From assembly GCA_038246545.1 (NCBI GenBank), contig JBBRVW010000005.1:21729-85728 (forward strand): 64,000 nt of DNA. Direction: 5' to 3'. The number at the start of each line of letters is the position of its first letter. Positions within the stretch are counted from its first letter, which is position 1. The stretch is from Actinomycetes bacterium. GTDB taxonomy: Bacteria; Actinomycetota; Actinomycetes; JACCUZ01. Position numbers and translations under genes: made by a program. Positions 9,706 through 20,108 of this stretch are shown one piece after another. The notes beneath the pieces are model-generated. The model did not search any database. It was not told the DNA's origin and saw nothing but the letters and a program-made list of their open reading frames with translations.

Positions 9706-10751
9706 GCCCACGCCGCATCGCCGTGAACTCCGCGATCCACCGGCACGGCACCTCCGGGTCGTCCACGGCCACCCATGCGCTGGTCGAAGCTCTGCGCCGG
9801 CTCGACGACGTCGACGTGCGCGAGGTGGCCCCGACCCGGCAGCGCGGGCGGTCCTCGGTGCTCAACGCGGTCGCGGACGCCCGGTGGGACCTGCGGCAGG
9901 CGTCGCGCGCGCTGCCGGGCGCCGACCTGCTGGTGTCGCCGTGCAACATCGGTCGCCGCGGACCGGCCCGCAAGCACCTGCTCGTCGTGCACGACGTGAT
10001 GCCGGTGGAGCACCCCGAGTTGTTCGACCGGAGGTTCGCGGCGTACTTCCGGCTGCTGGTGCCGCGCAGCGTCCGGGACGCCGACCGCGTGCTCACGCTC
10101 TCGGAGCACTCGGCGCGGGTGCTGCGCGGGATGGCGCCGGGTTCCGACGTCCGGGTCGTCACCTGGTCGCACGCGGGCGGCAGCACCGCGCGGGTGCCGT
10201 TCCCGGCGCGCAAGACCGTGCTCATGGTGGGCGCCACCGAGCCGGTGAAGAACCAGGTGCGCGGCATCGAGGCGGTGGCCGGTCTGCGCGGGTCCACCGG
10301 GGCCGACCTGGGCTTGCGCGTCATCGGTCCGGCCGGCCGCGCCGAGGACGCCGTCCGGTCGGCCCTGGCAGCCGCCGATGCCCGCGGCGCGTGGACCTCC
10401 AGGGAGGTCGACGTGCCGGCGACGGTGCTGGAGTCCGCCTACGCCTCCTCATGGCTGCTCCTCCAGCCCTCCTACGACGAGGGCTTCGGGCTGCCGCTCG
10501 TCGAGGCGGCGCGGCACGGGCTGCCCGTCGTGCACTCCGGCCGCGGTGCGATGCCCCGGGTGCTGCCGGAGGTCGACGCACACGGCGTCACGAGTGGTGC
10601 CCTCGTCACCGCGATGGGCCCGCTGCTCGACGAGGAGGCCTGGACGGCCGCTGCGGACGCCGTGGCCGCCCGCGCGGCGGCGTACGACCCGGCTTCGTTC
10701 CACGCTGTGGTGCGCGACGCCGTGACGGACCTCCTCCCGGCGGTCCGGTGA
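9702..10751 (+). CDS. GT4 glycosyltransferase
   Basis: VHDVMP, PVKNQ, PSYDEGFGLPLVEA; GTGA overlap with the upstream stop. Confidence 0.85.
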   Translation: MSPRRIAVNSAIHRHGTSGSSTATHALVEALRRLDDVDVREVAPTRQRGRSSVLNAVADARWDLRQASRALPGADLLVSPCNIGRRGPARKHLLVVHDVMPVEHPELFDRRFAAYFRLLVPRSVRDADRVLTLSEHSARVLRGMAPGSDVRVVTWSHAGGSTARVPFPARKTVLMVGATEPVKNQVRGIEAVAGLRGSTGADLGLRVIGPAGRAEDAVRSALAAADARGAWTSREVDVPATVLESAYASSWLLLQPSYDEGFGLPLVEAARHGLPVVHSGRGAMPRVLPEVDAHGVTSGALVTAMGPLLDEEAWTAAADAVAARAAAYDPASFHAVVRDAVTDLLPAVR

Positions 10752-11845
10752 CCGGCCGGCCGCTGCTCGACCTGCACGCGCTGGGCCACCGGCAGACCGG
10801 CAACGAGTCCTGGGCCCGGTCCATCGCCGCTGCCCTGTTCGAGCTCGACGGGCCGCAGGCGTACGACGTAGCGCTGACCGACGCAGCCCCCGCCGAGGAC
10901 CTGGCGCTGCTCCCGTACCGCGAGCGGGTCCCGGTGTCCGGGAGCAGCACCCGGCGGCTCGCCGTGGACCTGCCGCGGGCGATGCGACGGCTCGGCACCC
11001 CGGTGGTCCTGGTGCAGTACACGGTGCCGGTCTCGCGCGTCCCGGCGGTTGTTATGGTGCACGACCTGTCCTTCGAGGACCCGCGCGCCGCCGAGTGGCT
11101 GCCGCTCGCGACCCGGCTGCGCTACCGCGCGACGATCCGCGCCTCGGTGCGCAGGGCCGCACACGTGCTGACGGTGAGCGAGTACAGCAAGGCCGACCTG
11201 GTGCGGTGCTACGGGCTCGACCCGTCATCGGTGACGGTGGTGCCCAACGCGGTCGACCCGCGGTTGGTCGAGCTGCTCGCAGCGACCCCGGAGGACCGGG
11301 GTGGGCCGCCGACCGTCCTCATGGTCGGCAACGTGCTGCCCCGGAAGAACCTTCCAGTGGTGGCCAGGGGGGTCCGGCTGCTGCGGGACCGCGGCTCCGA
11401 CGTGGTGCTGAGGGTGGTCGGCACTGTGCACTCGTCGGGACAGGCGGATGCGGATCTGGCGCGCCGGCTGCTGGGGGACGCCGTCTCGTGGACCGGGTAC
11501 GTGCCACGTGAACAACTGGCCCGGGAGCTGCGGTCGGCGCACGTGCTGGCATTCCCCTCCCTGTTCGAGGGGTTCGGGATCCCGGCGCTGGAGGCGATGG
11601 CGGCCGGCCTGCCGGTCGTCGTGTCGGACCGGACCTCGCTGCCCGAGGTAGTCGGGGACGCCGGTGTGGTCGTGCCCGCGGAGGATCCAGGGGCCTGGGC
11701 GGACGCGCTTCAGCGCGCCCTGGAGCCCGTCGAGTCGTCCCGGCTGGTAGCCGCCGGCGCGAGCCGCTCGACCGGGTTCACCTGGGCGGCCTCGGCCGGG
11801 CCGGTATCGGCCGCGCTGCGCCGGGGCGCCGACCCGCACGAGTGA
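10748..11845 (+). CDS. GT4 glycosyltransferase (mannosyltransferase-like)
   Basis: VHDLSF, VSEYSK, PRKNL, FPSLFEGFGIPALEAMAAG; GTGA overlap. Confidence 0.9.
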   Translation: MTGRPLLDLHALGHRQTGNESWARSIAAALFELDGPQAYDVALTDAAPAEDLALLPYRERVPVSGSSTRRLAVDLPRAMRRLGTPVVLVQYTVPVSRVPAVVMVHDLSFEDPRAAEWLPLATRLRYRATIRASVRRAAHVLTVSEYSKADLVRCYGLDPSSVTVVPNAVDPRLVELLAATPEDRGGPPTVLMVGNVLPRKNLPVVARGVRLLRDRGSDVVLRVVGTVHSSGQADADLARRLLGDAVSWTGYVPREQLARELRSAHVLAFPSLFEGFGIPALEAMAAGLPVVVSDRTSLPEVVGDAGVVVPAEDPGAWADALQRALEPVESSRLVAAGASRSTGFTWAASAGPVSAALRRGADPHE

Positions 11846-11948
11846 CCCCGCGGGGTCGCCGGCAGGCGCGGCCGGTCCCGGACGCTCTGTATCGTGTCGG
11901 GAGCCCCGCGCCGCCGGGGGCGACCACCGATGGCTGCTGGGAGAGCTC

Positions 11949-12782
11949 GTGAGCACGCTCGCCGAGTTGGCTCGCTCCCGCGAGCTCTTGGGCAACCTCA
12001 CGCTGCGTGACGTCCGCAGCCGCTACAAGCGCACCGTTCTGGGGAACGTCTGGTCGCTGCTGAACCCGCTCGCGGCGATGCTGATCTTCACAGTGGTCTT
12101 CGGCTTCCTGCTCAAGGTGACTCCCGACCGCGGCGACCCGAGCGGCCTGCACGTTTTCGCGCTCTGGCTGCTCTGCGCCCTGCTTCCCTGGACGTTCTTC
12201 TCGGTCGGCATCGCCGCCGGTATGAACTCGCTGGTGGTCAACGCCAGCCTGGTCCTCAAGGTCTACCTGTCCCGGGCGGCCTTGGTCGTGGCCGCGGTCT
12301 TCGCGGTCGGTGTGACCTTCCTGGTCGAGCTGGCCGTGCTCACCGTCGTGCTGGTCCTGTTCGGCGCCAACCCGCTCCCCTGGGTGCCGGTGGTCGTGGT
12401 CATGGCCCTGCTGCTCGCAGCCTTCGCGGTCGGGATGGGCCTGCTCCTTGCCATCGCGAACGTCTACTTCCGCGACACCCAGCACTTCATCGCGATCCTG
12501 CTTCAGATGTGGTTCTACCTCACGCCGATCCTCTACCCGGTGTCCTACGTCGCCGACAAGGAGAAGCAGCTCGCCGACGAGGGCCGCGACCTGCCGCTCG
12601 TGACGCTGTTCAAGCTCAACCCGATGGAGCACTTCGTCTCGGCGTTCCGCGCCCTGCTGTACGACAACCGCTGGCCGGACAGCACAGACCTTGTGTGGTG
12701 CGTGGTCACGGCAGCGGTGGCGCTGACCGCCGGGCTGCTGGTGTTCGGCCGCTACGAGGGTCGGTTGGCGGAGGAGCTGTGA
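11949..12782 (+). CDS. wzm: Polysaccharide ABC exporter permease
   Basis: RDVRSRYKRTVLGNVWSLLNPL, VYFRD, FYLTPILYP, LNPM; multiple TM helices. Confidence 0.93.
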   Translation: MSTLAELARSRELLGNLTLRDVRSRYKRTVLGNVWSLLNPLAAMLIFTVVFGFLLKVTPDRGDPSGLHVFALWLLCALLPWTFFSVGIAAGMNSLVVNASLVLKVYLSRAALVVAAVFAVGVTFLVELAVLTVVLVLFGANPLPWVPVVVVMALLLAAFAVGMGLLLAIANVYFRDTQHFIAILLQMWFYLTPILYPVSYVADKEKQLADEGRDLPLVTLFKLNPMEHFVSAFRALLYDNRWPDSTDLVWCVVTAAVALTAGLLVFGRYEGRLAEEL

Positions 12783-14029
12783 GCGACCCTGCTGTCGTCG
12801 TCGACGGCGTGTCCAAGCGGTTCCGGCTGTACGGCGACCGCACCCGCTCCCTCAAGCAAGCGGTCCTCCAGCGGCGCCGGGCGAGCTTCGAGGAGTTCTG
12901 GGCGCTCAAGGACGTGTCCTTCGAGATCCCGCAGGGCTCGACGTTCGGCCTGATCGGCGAGAACGGTTCCGGCAAGTCGACACTGCTCAAGTGCGTCGCG
13001 AAGATCCTGCGACCCGACACCGGCGGCATCACCACCAACGGCCGGCTGGCCGCGCTCCTCGAGCTCGGCAGTGGCTTCCACCCTGAGCTCTCCGGCCGCG
13101 AGAACGTCTACCTCAACGGCTCCATCCTCGGCCTGTCCAAGCGCGAGATCGACAAACGGCTCGACGAGATCGTCGACTTCGCCGGCGTCGAGGCGTTCAT
13201 CGACCAGCCGGTGAAGAACTACTCCTCCGGCATGTATGTGAGGCTCGGCTTCTCGGTCGCCATCAACGTCGACCCCGACATCCTGCTCGTCGACGAGGTC
13301 CTTGCCGTCGGGGATGCGTCGTTCCAGCAGAAGTGCATGGAGAAGTTCGCCGACTACCGCCGGGCCGGCCGCACGGTCGTCGTCGTCAGCCACGCCATGG
13401 GCTCGCTGCGCAACTTCTGCGACACGGTGGCGTGGCTCGAGCACGGAAAGCTCCAGGCAGTCGGACCTGCGGGGTCGGTGGTCGACGACTACGTCGACGA
13501 GACGCACGCCGACCGCGAAGTGCCCAGCGATGCCGGGGACGGGGTCGGTGGCGGCGACGACGCCCGCTGGGGGTCCGGCGAGATCCGTGTCGACCGGGTT
13601 GAGGTCCTCGACCCGGCGGGCGAGGACACCCGCACACTGCGTACCGGGGACGCGGTGGTCATCCGGCTGCACTATCGCGCGTCACAGCGGGTCGAACGGC
13701 CCGTGTTCGGCCTGGGCATCACCACCCTCGAGGGCCACGACGTCACCGGCCCCAACACCCGCGACACCGACGACGTCCCCGAGTCGCTGCACGGCACCGG
13801 CCACGTCGACTTCCGTGTCGACCGGCTCACTCTGCTGCCCGGCAGCTACGAGCTCACTGCTGCCGTCTACGACTACACCTGCCAGCACCCGTTCGACCAC
13901 CGGCACCGCCTGGTCCGTTTCGACGTCGTCCCGGGGGTCCCCCGCGAGGGGGTCGGCGTCGTGTCGCTGGGCGGGGACTGGCGCTACTCCGAGTCCGATG
14001 TCGTCGCCGCCGTGCGGCACACCCGATAG
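12779..14029 (+). CDS. wzt: Polysaccharide ABC exporter ATPase with C-terminal Wzt carbohydrate-binding domain
   Basis: GENGSGKST, GFHPELSGREN, YSSGM, LLVDEVLAVGD; about 160-aa beta-rich C-terminal extension. Confidence 0.93.
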   Translation: MSDPAVVVDGVSKRFRLYGDRTRSLKQAVLQRRRASFEEFWALKDVSFEIPQGSTFGLIGENGSGKSTLLKCVAKILRPDTGGITTNGRLAALLELGSGFHPELSGRENVYLNGSILGLSKREIDKRLDEIVDFAGVEAFIDQPVKNYSSGMYVRLGFSVAINVDPDILLVDEVLAVGDASFQQKCMEKFADYRRAGRTVVVVSHAMGSLRNFCDTVAWLEHGKLQAVGPAGSVVDDYVDETHADREVPSDAGDGVGGGDDARWGSGEIRVDRVEVLDPAGEDTRTLRTGDAVVIRLHYRASQRVERPVFGLGITTLEGHDVTGPNTRDTDDVPESLHGTGHVDFRVDRLTLLPGSYELTAAVYDYTCQHPFDHRHRLVRFDVVPGVPREGVGVVSLGGDWRYSESDVVAAVRHTR

Positions 14030-14050
14030 AGCCGAGGGAAGAACCCGCCC

Positions 14051-17000
14051 GTGCATCCGCTGATCAACGAGAGCTTCGACCGCTTCGCGCGCTATCAGCA
14101 CGTCGAGAGCGTGCGAGCTGCGCTGGGACCGGTGCCGCTGGACATCCTCGACGTGGGTGACCCCTACGGCACGCTGGACCGGCTCTTCCCCGACGACCGG
14201 ACGGTGTCGGCCGACGTCTACGCCGAGGAGCTCCCGCCGCGCGAGCGGCACGAGCACGTGCTGGCCTCCGGCTTCGAGCTGCCGTTCCCGGACGGCTCCT
14301 TCGACCTGGTCACCTGCCACGACACCCTGGAGCACGTTCCGCTCGAGCGGAAGACGGAGTTCATCGCCGAGCTGCTGCGCGTCTCGCGCGGGCCGGTGCT
14401 GGTCGTCGCCCCGTTCGCCGACCCGCGCACCAGCCGGTGCGAGGAGATGGCCAACGCCTACTACGTCGCGCGGCTGGGCTACGAGATGTACCAGCTCACC
14501 GAGCACGCCGCGTCGGGGCTCCCGGACCTCGGCGAGGTCCTGCGCTGGGCTGAGGACCAGGGGATTGACTACCAGCTCCGCTCCGACGGGTGGCTCTACC
14601 ACTGGCTGTCGTTCATGATCCTCAAGATCCACCTGCTCAGCGAGCAGGAGCACGACGCCCACCGCCGGGTCGACACCGCGTTCAACCTGCTGCTGCGCGA
14701 CGCCGACCGGCGAAGGCCGAACTACCGCCGGGCGATCGTGCTGCGGCCCCCGGCAGGCCTCGAGCCCGCCCCGATCGAGGCCGAGGAAGCCGGCGGCGAC
14801 GACGTCGACGGCGACCTCGCCCGCCTGGCCTCCCTCGCCTCTGAGCTGAGCATCGCGCTGCCCCGCGGCACAGACGCGCTCGACGACGGCTCCCGCCTCC
14901 GTTCCTGGGTCGCCGCGCACCGCGACGGCGAAGGCCCGGTGGCCATCGCCGCGCAGGACCTCCACAGAGTCCTGGATGCCATCGCCGGTCTCGACATGCC
15001 GCCGGGACCGCCTGAGCCGGAGGCCGACGAGCCCGGGCCGATGGCAGACGACGCGCCGCTCCCGACGGTCGGCGTGGTCCTGGTCAACCTCAACGGGGCA
15101 GACCACCTCCGAGACTGCCTGGACTCGCTGGCCGCGCAGGATTATCCGCGCGAGCTGGTCGAGGTGGTGCTGGTCGACAACGACTCCACCGACGGCTCCC
15201 GCGAGCTGCTGGCCGAGCGGTACCCGTGGGTGCGGGTGCTGCCGCAGGACTCCAACACCGGGTTCGCACCGGCGGTCAACACCGGGGTGGCCGCCCTGGA
15301 CTCCGAGTGCGTCGTGCTGCTCAACAACGACGCGCGCGTCGAACCGTCGTTCGTCCGGGAGTTGGTCGCGGGTTTCGACCCGGGCAGCGGCGCGGTGTGC
15401 GTCGCAGCACGGATCCTGTCCTGGGACGGCGCGACGATCGACTTCATCGAGGGCGCGGTCAACTACTACGGCATGGGGCAACAGATGTCGTACGGGCAGC
15501 CCGTCGCCGACGTCCCGGTGGAGGACGGCGCCGAGCTGCTCTTCGCCTGCGGCGGCGCGATGCTGATCCACCGGCAGACCTTCGTCGACCTGGGGGGACT
15601 CGACCCGGGCTTCTTCGCCTACTTCGAGGACGTCGACCTCGGGTGGCGTCTGTGGGTGACCGGTCATCGGGTCGTGCTCGCCGAGCGGGCCGTCGCCTAC
15701 CACCGGATGCACGGGACGTCCGGGCGCTTCCCGCTCCACCAGCGGTATGTGCTCTATGAGCGCAACGCGCTACGGATGGTGGTGAAGAACTACTCCGACG
15801 AGAATCTGCAGCGGGTCCTCGCGCCGGCGCTGCTGCTCGCGGTCAAGCGTGCCCTGCTGCGGGGCGGCCTCGAGCGCGCGCCCTACGACATCGCCGGGGA
15901 CCCGCGCACCGAGGAGACGGTGCCCCGGCTCGCGCTGGCGCACCTGCACGCGATCGGCGACATCGTCGACGACCTCGACGGGTTGATGCGGGCAAGGGCC
16001 GTGATCCAGCGGGCTCGCCGCCGCCCGGACCACGAGGTCCTCACCCGGTTCAAGCGACCGATGTGGCCCGTGATGGACGACGGTGCCTACGTGCGTGCCA
16101 GCGAGTCGGTGACTCGGGCCTTCGGGCTCGAGGATCTCTTCGCCCAGCCGCAGGGCACGCACGCGCTGGTCGTCTGCAACGACGGGGTCGGCGAGCGGAT
16201 GAGCGGGCCGGCTATCCGGGCCGTCGAGATCGCCAAGAACCTGGCGTCCACCACTCGGGTCACCCTCGCCGTGCCCACCGCACCCGAGGTGGAGGTCCCC
16301 GGCGTGACCGTGGCGACCTTCGAGGACGAGACCGACCTGCGGCGGCTTTCCGAGTCCGCCGACGTGGTCCTCTTCCAGGGCTACACGCTGCAGGAGTACC
16401 CCAGCCTGGCCGACACGTCGGCCGTGCTGGTTGCCGACCTCTACGACCCGTGGCTGTTCGAGAACATCGAGCTGCACACCGGCGAGGTCATGGGCGACGC
16501 GGTCCTCCGCGGTGATGCCGCGGTTCTCAACCGGATCATCGACGAGTGCGACTTCTTCGTCTGCGCGTCGGAGCGGCAGCGGGACTACTGGCTGGGCATG
16601 TTGTCCGCCCGGCACCGCCTGACCCAGGCGCAGTACGCCACCGACCCGACACTGCGCCACCTGATCGACGTGGTGCCGTTCGGTCTGCCGGACCGCGAGC
16701 CGGAGCGCCGGGCGCGGGTCCTCAAGGGGATCCACCCAGGGATCGCCGCCGACGCCAAGCTCGTGCTGTGGGGCGGGGGCGCCTGGGACTGGTTCGACCC
16801 GCTCACGCTGGTCGAGGCGTGGCCGGCCGTTGTCGAACAGGTGCCCGACGCCAGGCTGTGGTTCCTCGGCCTGCACCTCACCACCGACAACGTGAAGCAC
16901 ATGCGGGTGGCGCACCGCGCCACCGTCCGGGCCGCAGAGCTCGGGCTCACCGACACGTCGGTCTTCTTCGGCGACTGGGTGCCCTACGACCTGCGGGAGT

Positions 17001-17638
17001 CCTACCTGCTGGAGGCCGACCTCGGCGTGACGGTCGCGCGCGACCTCGCCGAGACCCGGCTCTCCTTCCGGACCCGGGTGCTCGACTACCTGTGGGCCGG
17101 GCTGCCTGTCGTGACAACCGAGGGTGACGTGCTCAGCGACCTCGTCCGCAACGAGCGGCTTGGGACCGTCGTCCCGCCGGGTGACCCGAAGGCGCTGACG
17201 GACGCCCTCGTCCGGCTGCTGCAGAACCCCGTGCAACGCGCCGAGATGTCCCAGCGGTCGCGGACGGTGGCGCAGGGTTTCCGGTGGAGCGTGGCGGTCG
17301 AGCCGCTGCGCGGCGTCCTGCGCGAGCCCTGGCGCTGGGCGCAGTCACGGGCGTACCGGCCACGTGCCGGGCGGGTCACCGAGGAGCTGCGGGCGGTGTT
17401 CGAGGACGTGACGCATCGCCGGGGCCAGATCATCAGCGGCCCACGCGCGCCGCTTGCGGCCGATCGCGCCGCGCTGGCGGAGAGCGTGGAGCGAACGGAC
17501 CGGATCCTGCGCGACTACCCGTACCTGGTCCGGGCCGTCTATCGCGCCCGGAAGGCGAAGGCGCTGGGGGCGCGGGGAGCAGCAGCCTTCGCCGTCGAGC
17601 GGTCGCGCGCCAAGCTCGCCTCGCGGCGCCGCGAGTGA
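14051..17638 (+). CDS. Multidomain methyltransferase-like / GT2 / GT4 glycosyltransferase
   Basis: N-terminal LDVG...LPFPDGSFDLV...HDTLEHV (class I MT); central VLVDNDSTDGS, LLNND, FFAYFEDVDLGWR (GT2); C-terminal GT-B domain with SFRTRVLDYLWAGLPVV. Confidence 0.85.
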   Translation: MHPLINESFDRFARYQHVESVRAALGPVPLDILDVGDPYGTLDRLFPDDRTVSADVYAEELPPRERHEHVLASGFELPFPDGSFDLVTCHDTLEHVPLERKTEFIAELLRVSRGPVLVVAPFADPRTSRCEEMANAYYVARLGYEMYQLTEHAASGLPDLGEVLRWAEDQGIDYQLRSDGWLYHWLSFMILKIHLLSEQEHDAHRRVDTAFNLLLRDADRRRPNYRRAIVLRPPAGLEPAPIEAEEAGGDDVDGDLARLASLASELSIALPRGTDALDDGSRLRSWVAAHRDGEGPVAIAAQDLHRVLDAIAGLDMPPGPPEPEADEPGPMADDAPLPTVGVVLVNLNGADHLRDCLDSLAAQDYPRELVEVVLVDNDSTDGSRELLAERYPWVRVLPQDSNTGFAPAVNTGVAALDSECVVLLNNDARVEPSFVRELVAGFDPGSGAVCVAARILSWDGATIDFIEGAVNYYGMGQQMSYGQPVADVPVEDGAELLFACGGAMLIHRQTFVDLGGLDPGFFAYFEDVDLGWRLWVTGHRVVLAERAVAYHRMHGTSGRFPLHQRYVLYERNALRMVVKNYSDENLQRVLAPALLLAVKRALLRGGLERAPYDIAGDPRTEETVPRLALAHLHAIGDIVDDLDGLMRARAVIQRARRRPDHEVLTRFKRPMWPVMDDGAYVRASESVTRAFGLEDLFAQPQGTHALVVCNDGVGERMSGPAIRAVEIAKNLASTTRVTLAVPTAPEVEVPGVTVATFEDETDLRRLSESADVVLFQGYTLQEYPSLADTSAVLVADLYDPWLFENIELHTGEVMGDAVLRGDAAVLNRIIDECDFFVCASERQRDYWLGMLSARHRLTQAQYATDPTLRHLIDVVPFGLPDREPERRARVLKGIHPGIAADAKLVLWGGGAWDWFDPLTLVEAWPAVVEQVPDARLWFLGLHLTTDNVKHMRVAHRATVRAAELGLTDTSVFFGDWVPYDLRESYLLEADLGVTVARDLAETRLSFRTRVLDYLWAGLPVVTTEGDVLSDLVRNERLGTVVPPGDPKALTDALVRLLQNPVQRAEMSQRSRTVAQGFRWSVAVEPLRGVLREPWRWAQSRAYRPRAGRVTEELRAVFEDVTHRRGQIISGPRAPLAADRAALAESVERTDRILRDYPYLVRAVYRARKAKALGARGAAAFAVERSRAKLASRRRE

Positions 17639-19038
17639 TCGAGCCCGCCCCCCGGGTGCACGTGGTGGTCGTCACCGGCGAACCGCTCAAGGAGCAGCTC
17701 GCCGGGCCGGCCATCCGCGCTTGGGAGATGGCGCGGCTGCTGTCCGCGCAGGCCGACGTGACGCTCGCCACTCTGAGCCCGGTCTGCCAGCGCTCGCACC
17801 CGGAGTTCCGGACGACGAGCGCCACCGACGCCCAGCTGCGCAGGCTGGAGCAGTGGTGCGACGTCGTGGTGTTCCAGGGGTCACTGCTGGAGTACCACCC
17901 GTGGTTCGTGCAGTCGGGGAAGGTGCTGGTCGCCGACGTCTACGACCCGTATCACCTCGAGGTGCTGGAGCAGCTGCGCGGCCACGACGAGGGGCTGCGG
18001 GCCCGGGCGGTGGAGAACAACCGGCGGTCGCTCAACACCCAGCTGCAGCGGGCCGACCTGGTCCTCTGCGCGTCGGACAAGCAGCGCGACTTCTGGATCG
18101 GGCACCTCGCCTCGCTGGGCCGGGTCAACCCGCTCACCTACGACGCTGATCCCTCGCTGCAGTCGCTGATCACCGTGGCGCCGTTCGGCTTCCCGACCGA
18201 GCCGCCGGTTGCGACCGGGACGCCGGTGCTCAAGGGTGTGGTCCCCGGCATCGGGCGGCAGGACAAGGTCGTGCTGTGGGGCGGCGGCGTCTACAACTGG
18301 TTCGACCCGTTGACCCTGGTGCGCGCGATGCACCGGCTGGCTCGACGGCACACCGACGCGCGACTGTTCTTTCTCGGGATGAAGCACCCCAACCCCGAGG
18401 TCTCCGAGATGCGGGCAGCGGTCGAGACTCGGGCGTTGGCCGACGAGCTCGGGCTGACCGGCACCGTCGTGCACTTCAACGAGAGCTGGGTTCCCTACGA
18501 CCGGCGGCAGGACTACCTGCTCGAGTCCGACCTGGGCGTCACCACCCACCACGACCACGTCGAGACAGCGTTCTCCTTCCGCACGCGGGTCCTCGACTAC
18601 CTGTGGGCGGGGCTGCCGGTGGTGGCCACCCGCGGCGACAGCCTCGCCGCCCTGGTCGAGCGGGAGGGGCTGGGTCGCACCGTCCCGGAGGAGGACGTCG
18701 CTGCCCTAGAGCTGGCTCTCGAGGAGATGCTCTACGACGAGCCGGCGCGGGACGCGGCCCGGGCTGCCGTCGCGCGGGTGGCCCCGGACCTCGCGTGGCC
18801 CGTCGCCCTGCGGGCGCTCACGGCGTTCTGCGCTGCCCCGGTCCGGGCGCCGGACCGAGGCGAGAACGTGGCCGACCGCTTCCCGGCCCCGCGCAGTCGC
18901 CTGCTCAGCCGGGCCACCCTTCGCGACGACCTCCGCAAGCTGCGCTCCCAGCTGACCGAGGGCGGCCCGACGCACGTCCTGCAACGGGTCGCCCGGCGAG
19001 CACGCCGGGTCCGCGACGAGCGGCGGTCAGGAAGCTGA
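17635..19038 (+). CDS. GT4-like glycosyltransferase, paralog of the C-terminal domain of the upstream gene
   Basis: AGPAIRA, CASDKQRDFW, WGGGVYNWFDP, SFRTRVLDYLWAGLPVV; GTGA overlap. Confidence 0.85.
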   Translation: MIEPAPRVHVVVVTGEPLKEQLAGPAIRAWEMARLLSAQADVTLATLSPVCQRSHPEFRTTSATDAQLRRLEQWCDVVVFQGSLLEYHPWFVQSGKVLVADVYDPYHLEVLEQLRGHDEGLRARAVENNRRSLNTQLQRADLVLCASDKQRDFWIGHLASLGRVNPLTYDADPSLQSLITVAPFGFPTEPPVATGTPVLKGVVPGIGRQDKVVLWGGGVYNWFDPLTLVRAMHRLARRHTDARLFFLGMKHPNPEVSEMRAAVETRALADELGLTGTVVHFNESWVPYDRRQDYLLESDLGVTTHHDHVETAFSFRTRVLDYLWAGLPVVATRGDSLAALVEREGLGRTVPEEDVAALELALEEMLYDEPARDAARAAVARVAPDLAWPVALRALTAFCAAPVRAPDRGENVADRFPAPRSRLLSRATLRDDLRKLRSQLTEGGPTHVLQRVARRARRVRDERRSGS

Positions 19039-19992
19039 CCGTTCCAGCCATCTCGCCACCTCGGCCCTCGGTACCTGAGCCCCGGCCCAGATCCGCCGGC
19101 GCTCGGCGAGTGTGCGCGGAAGCCGGCCGAGGTGTTCGGCCATGGCACGCCACCGCGCCCGCGTGACAGGCGAGGCGGGCGCCTTCAGGGTGTGCAGGAC
19201 CAGCCCGACCATCCGGCGGAGGTGCACGCCGACCACCAGCAGCACGGGTGCGTGGCGGGTGAAGACGATCATGCTGTTGCGCTCGTTCCACAACGTGAAT
19301 CGCGGGCTGCCCTCGCCACTCGAGGCCGCATGCCTGTGCTCGACAACAGCGGTCGGCTCGTACCGGACCGTCCAGCCAGCAGCCCGGAGCCGCCACGAAA
19401 GGTCGGTGTCCTCGTAGTAGAGGAAGAGCTTCGGGTCGAACCCGCCCACCTGGTCGATCGCCGCCCTGCGGAGCAGCACTCCGTTGCCGCAGAACCCAAA
19501 GACCTCATCGGCCGGTCGAACCGTGGACGCCGGCGTCCTCCAGTCGCGGTCCCGGCCGCGGCCGGTACGGCTGACGATGTTGCCGGTTGAGTTGACCAGG
19601 TCCCTACCGGCCAGGAGCACGCGCGGCGTGACGGCGGCTACCCGCTCGTGACCGGGGGCGTCCAGCACCTCGACCATCGCGGCCAACCAACCCGTGTCCG
19701 CGGTCGCGTCGTTGTTGAGCAGTGCGACGTACGCCGTGTTGCTGGCGGCGATGCCGAGTGCAGCTCCGCTCGCGAAGCCGAGGTTCACGTCGGTCGCGAG
19801 AACCTCGACGTCCGGCGCATGCGCGCCGAGCCATTCCCGGGTGCCGTCCGTCGAGCCGTTGTCGACGACCAGGAGACGCGGACCTCTCCCGCACCAATGC
19901 TGGGCGCGCAGGGACTCGAGACAGCCGGCGAGCAGCTCGACCGCGTCCCAGGTGACGACCACGACGGTGACCGCCCAGCCGGAAACTCGCAC
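19027..19992 (-). CDS. GT2 glycosyltransferase (WbbL/rhamnosyltransferase-like)
   Basis: VVDNGSTDGT, NLGFA, LLNNDA, FLYYEDTDLSWR. Confidence 0.88.
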   Translation of the reverse strand: MRVSGWAVTVVVVTWDAVELLAGCLESLRAQHWCGRGPRLLVVDNGSTDGTREWLGAHAPDVEVLATDVNLGFASGAALGIAASNTAYVALLNNDATADTGWLAAMVEVLDAPGHERVAAVTPRVLLAGRDLVNSTGNIVSRTGRGRDRDWRTPASTVRPADEVFGFCGNGVLLRRAAIDQVGGFDPKLFLYYEDTDLSWRLRAAGWTVRYEPTAVVEHRHAASSGEGSPRFTLWNERNSMIVFTRHAPVLLVVGVHLRRMVGLVLHTLKAPASPVTRARWRAMAEHLGRLPRTLAERRRIWAGAQVPRAEVARWLERSAS

Positions 19993-20108
19993 TGGGGGCG
20001 GCTCCCTCCTCGCGTCACAGTCCCTGGGGTCGTTAGGCTCTCGCAGTCCGGACTTCGGAGTTCGGCTCGAGTCCGCGAGTGCCCCGACACGTCAGGATGT
20101 CTTTCTGC

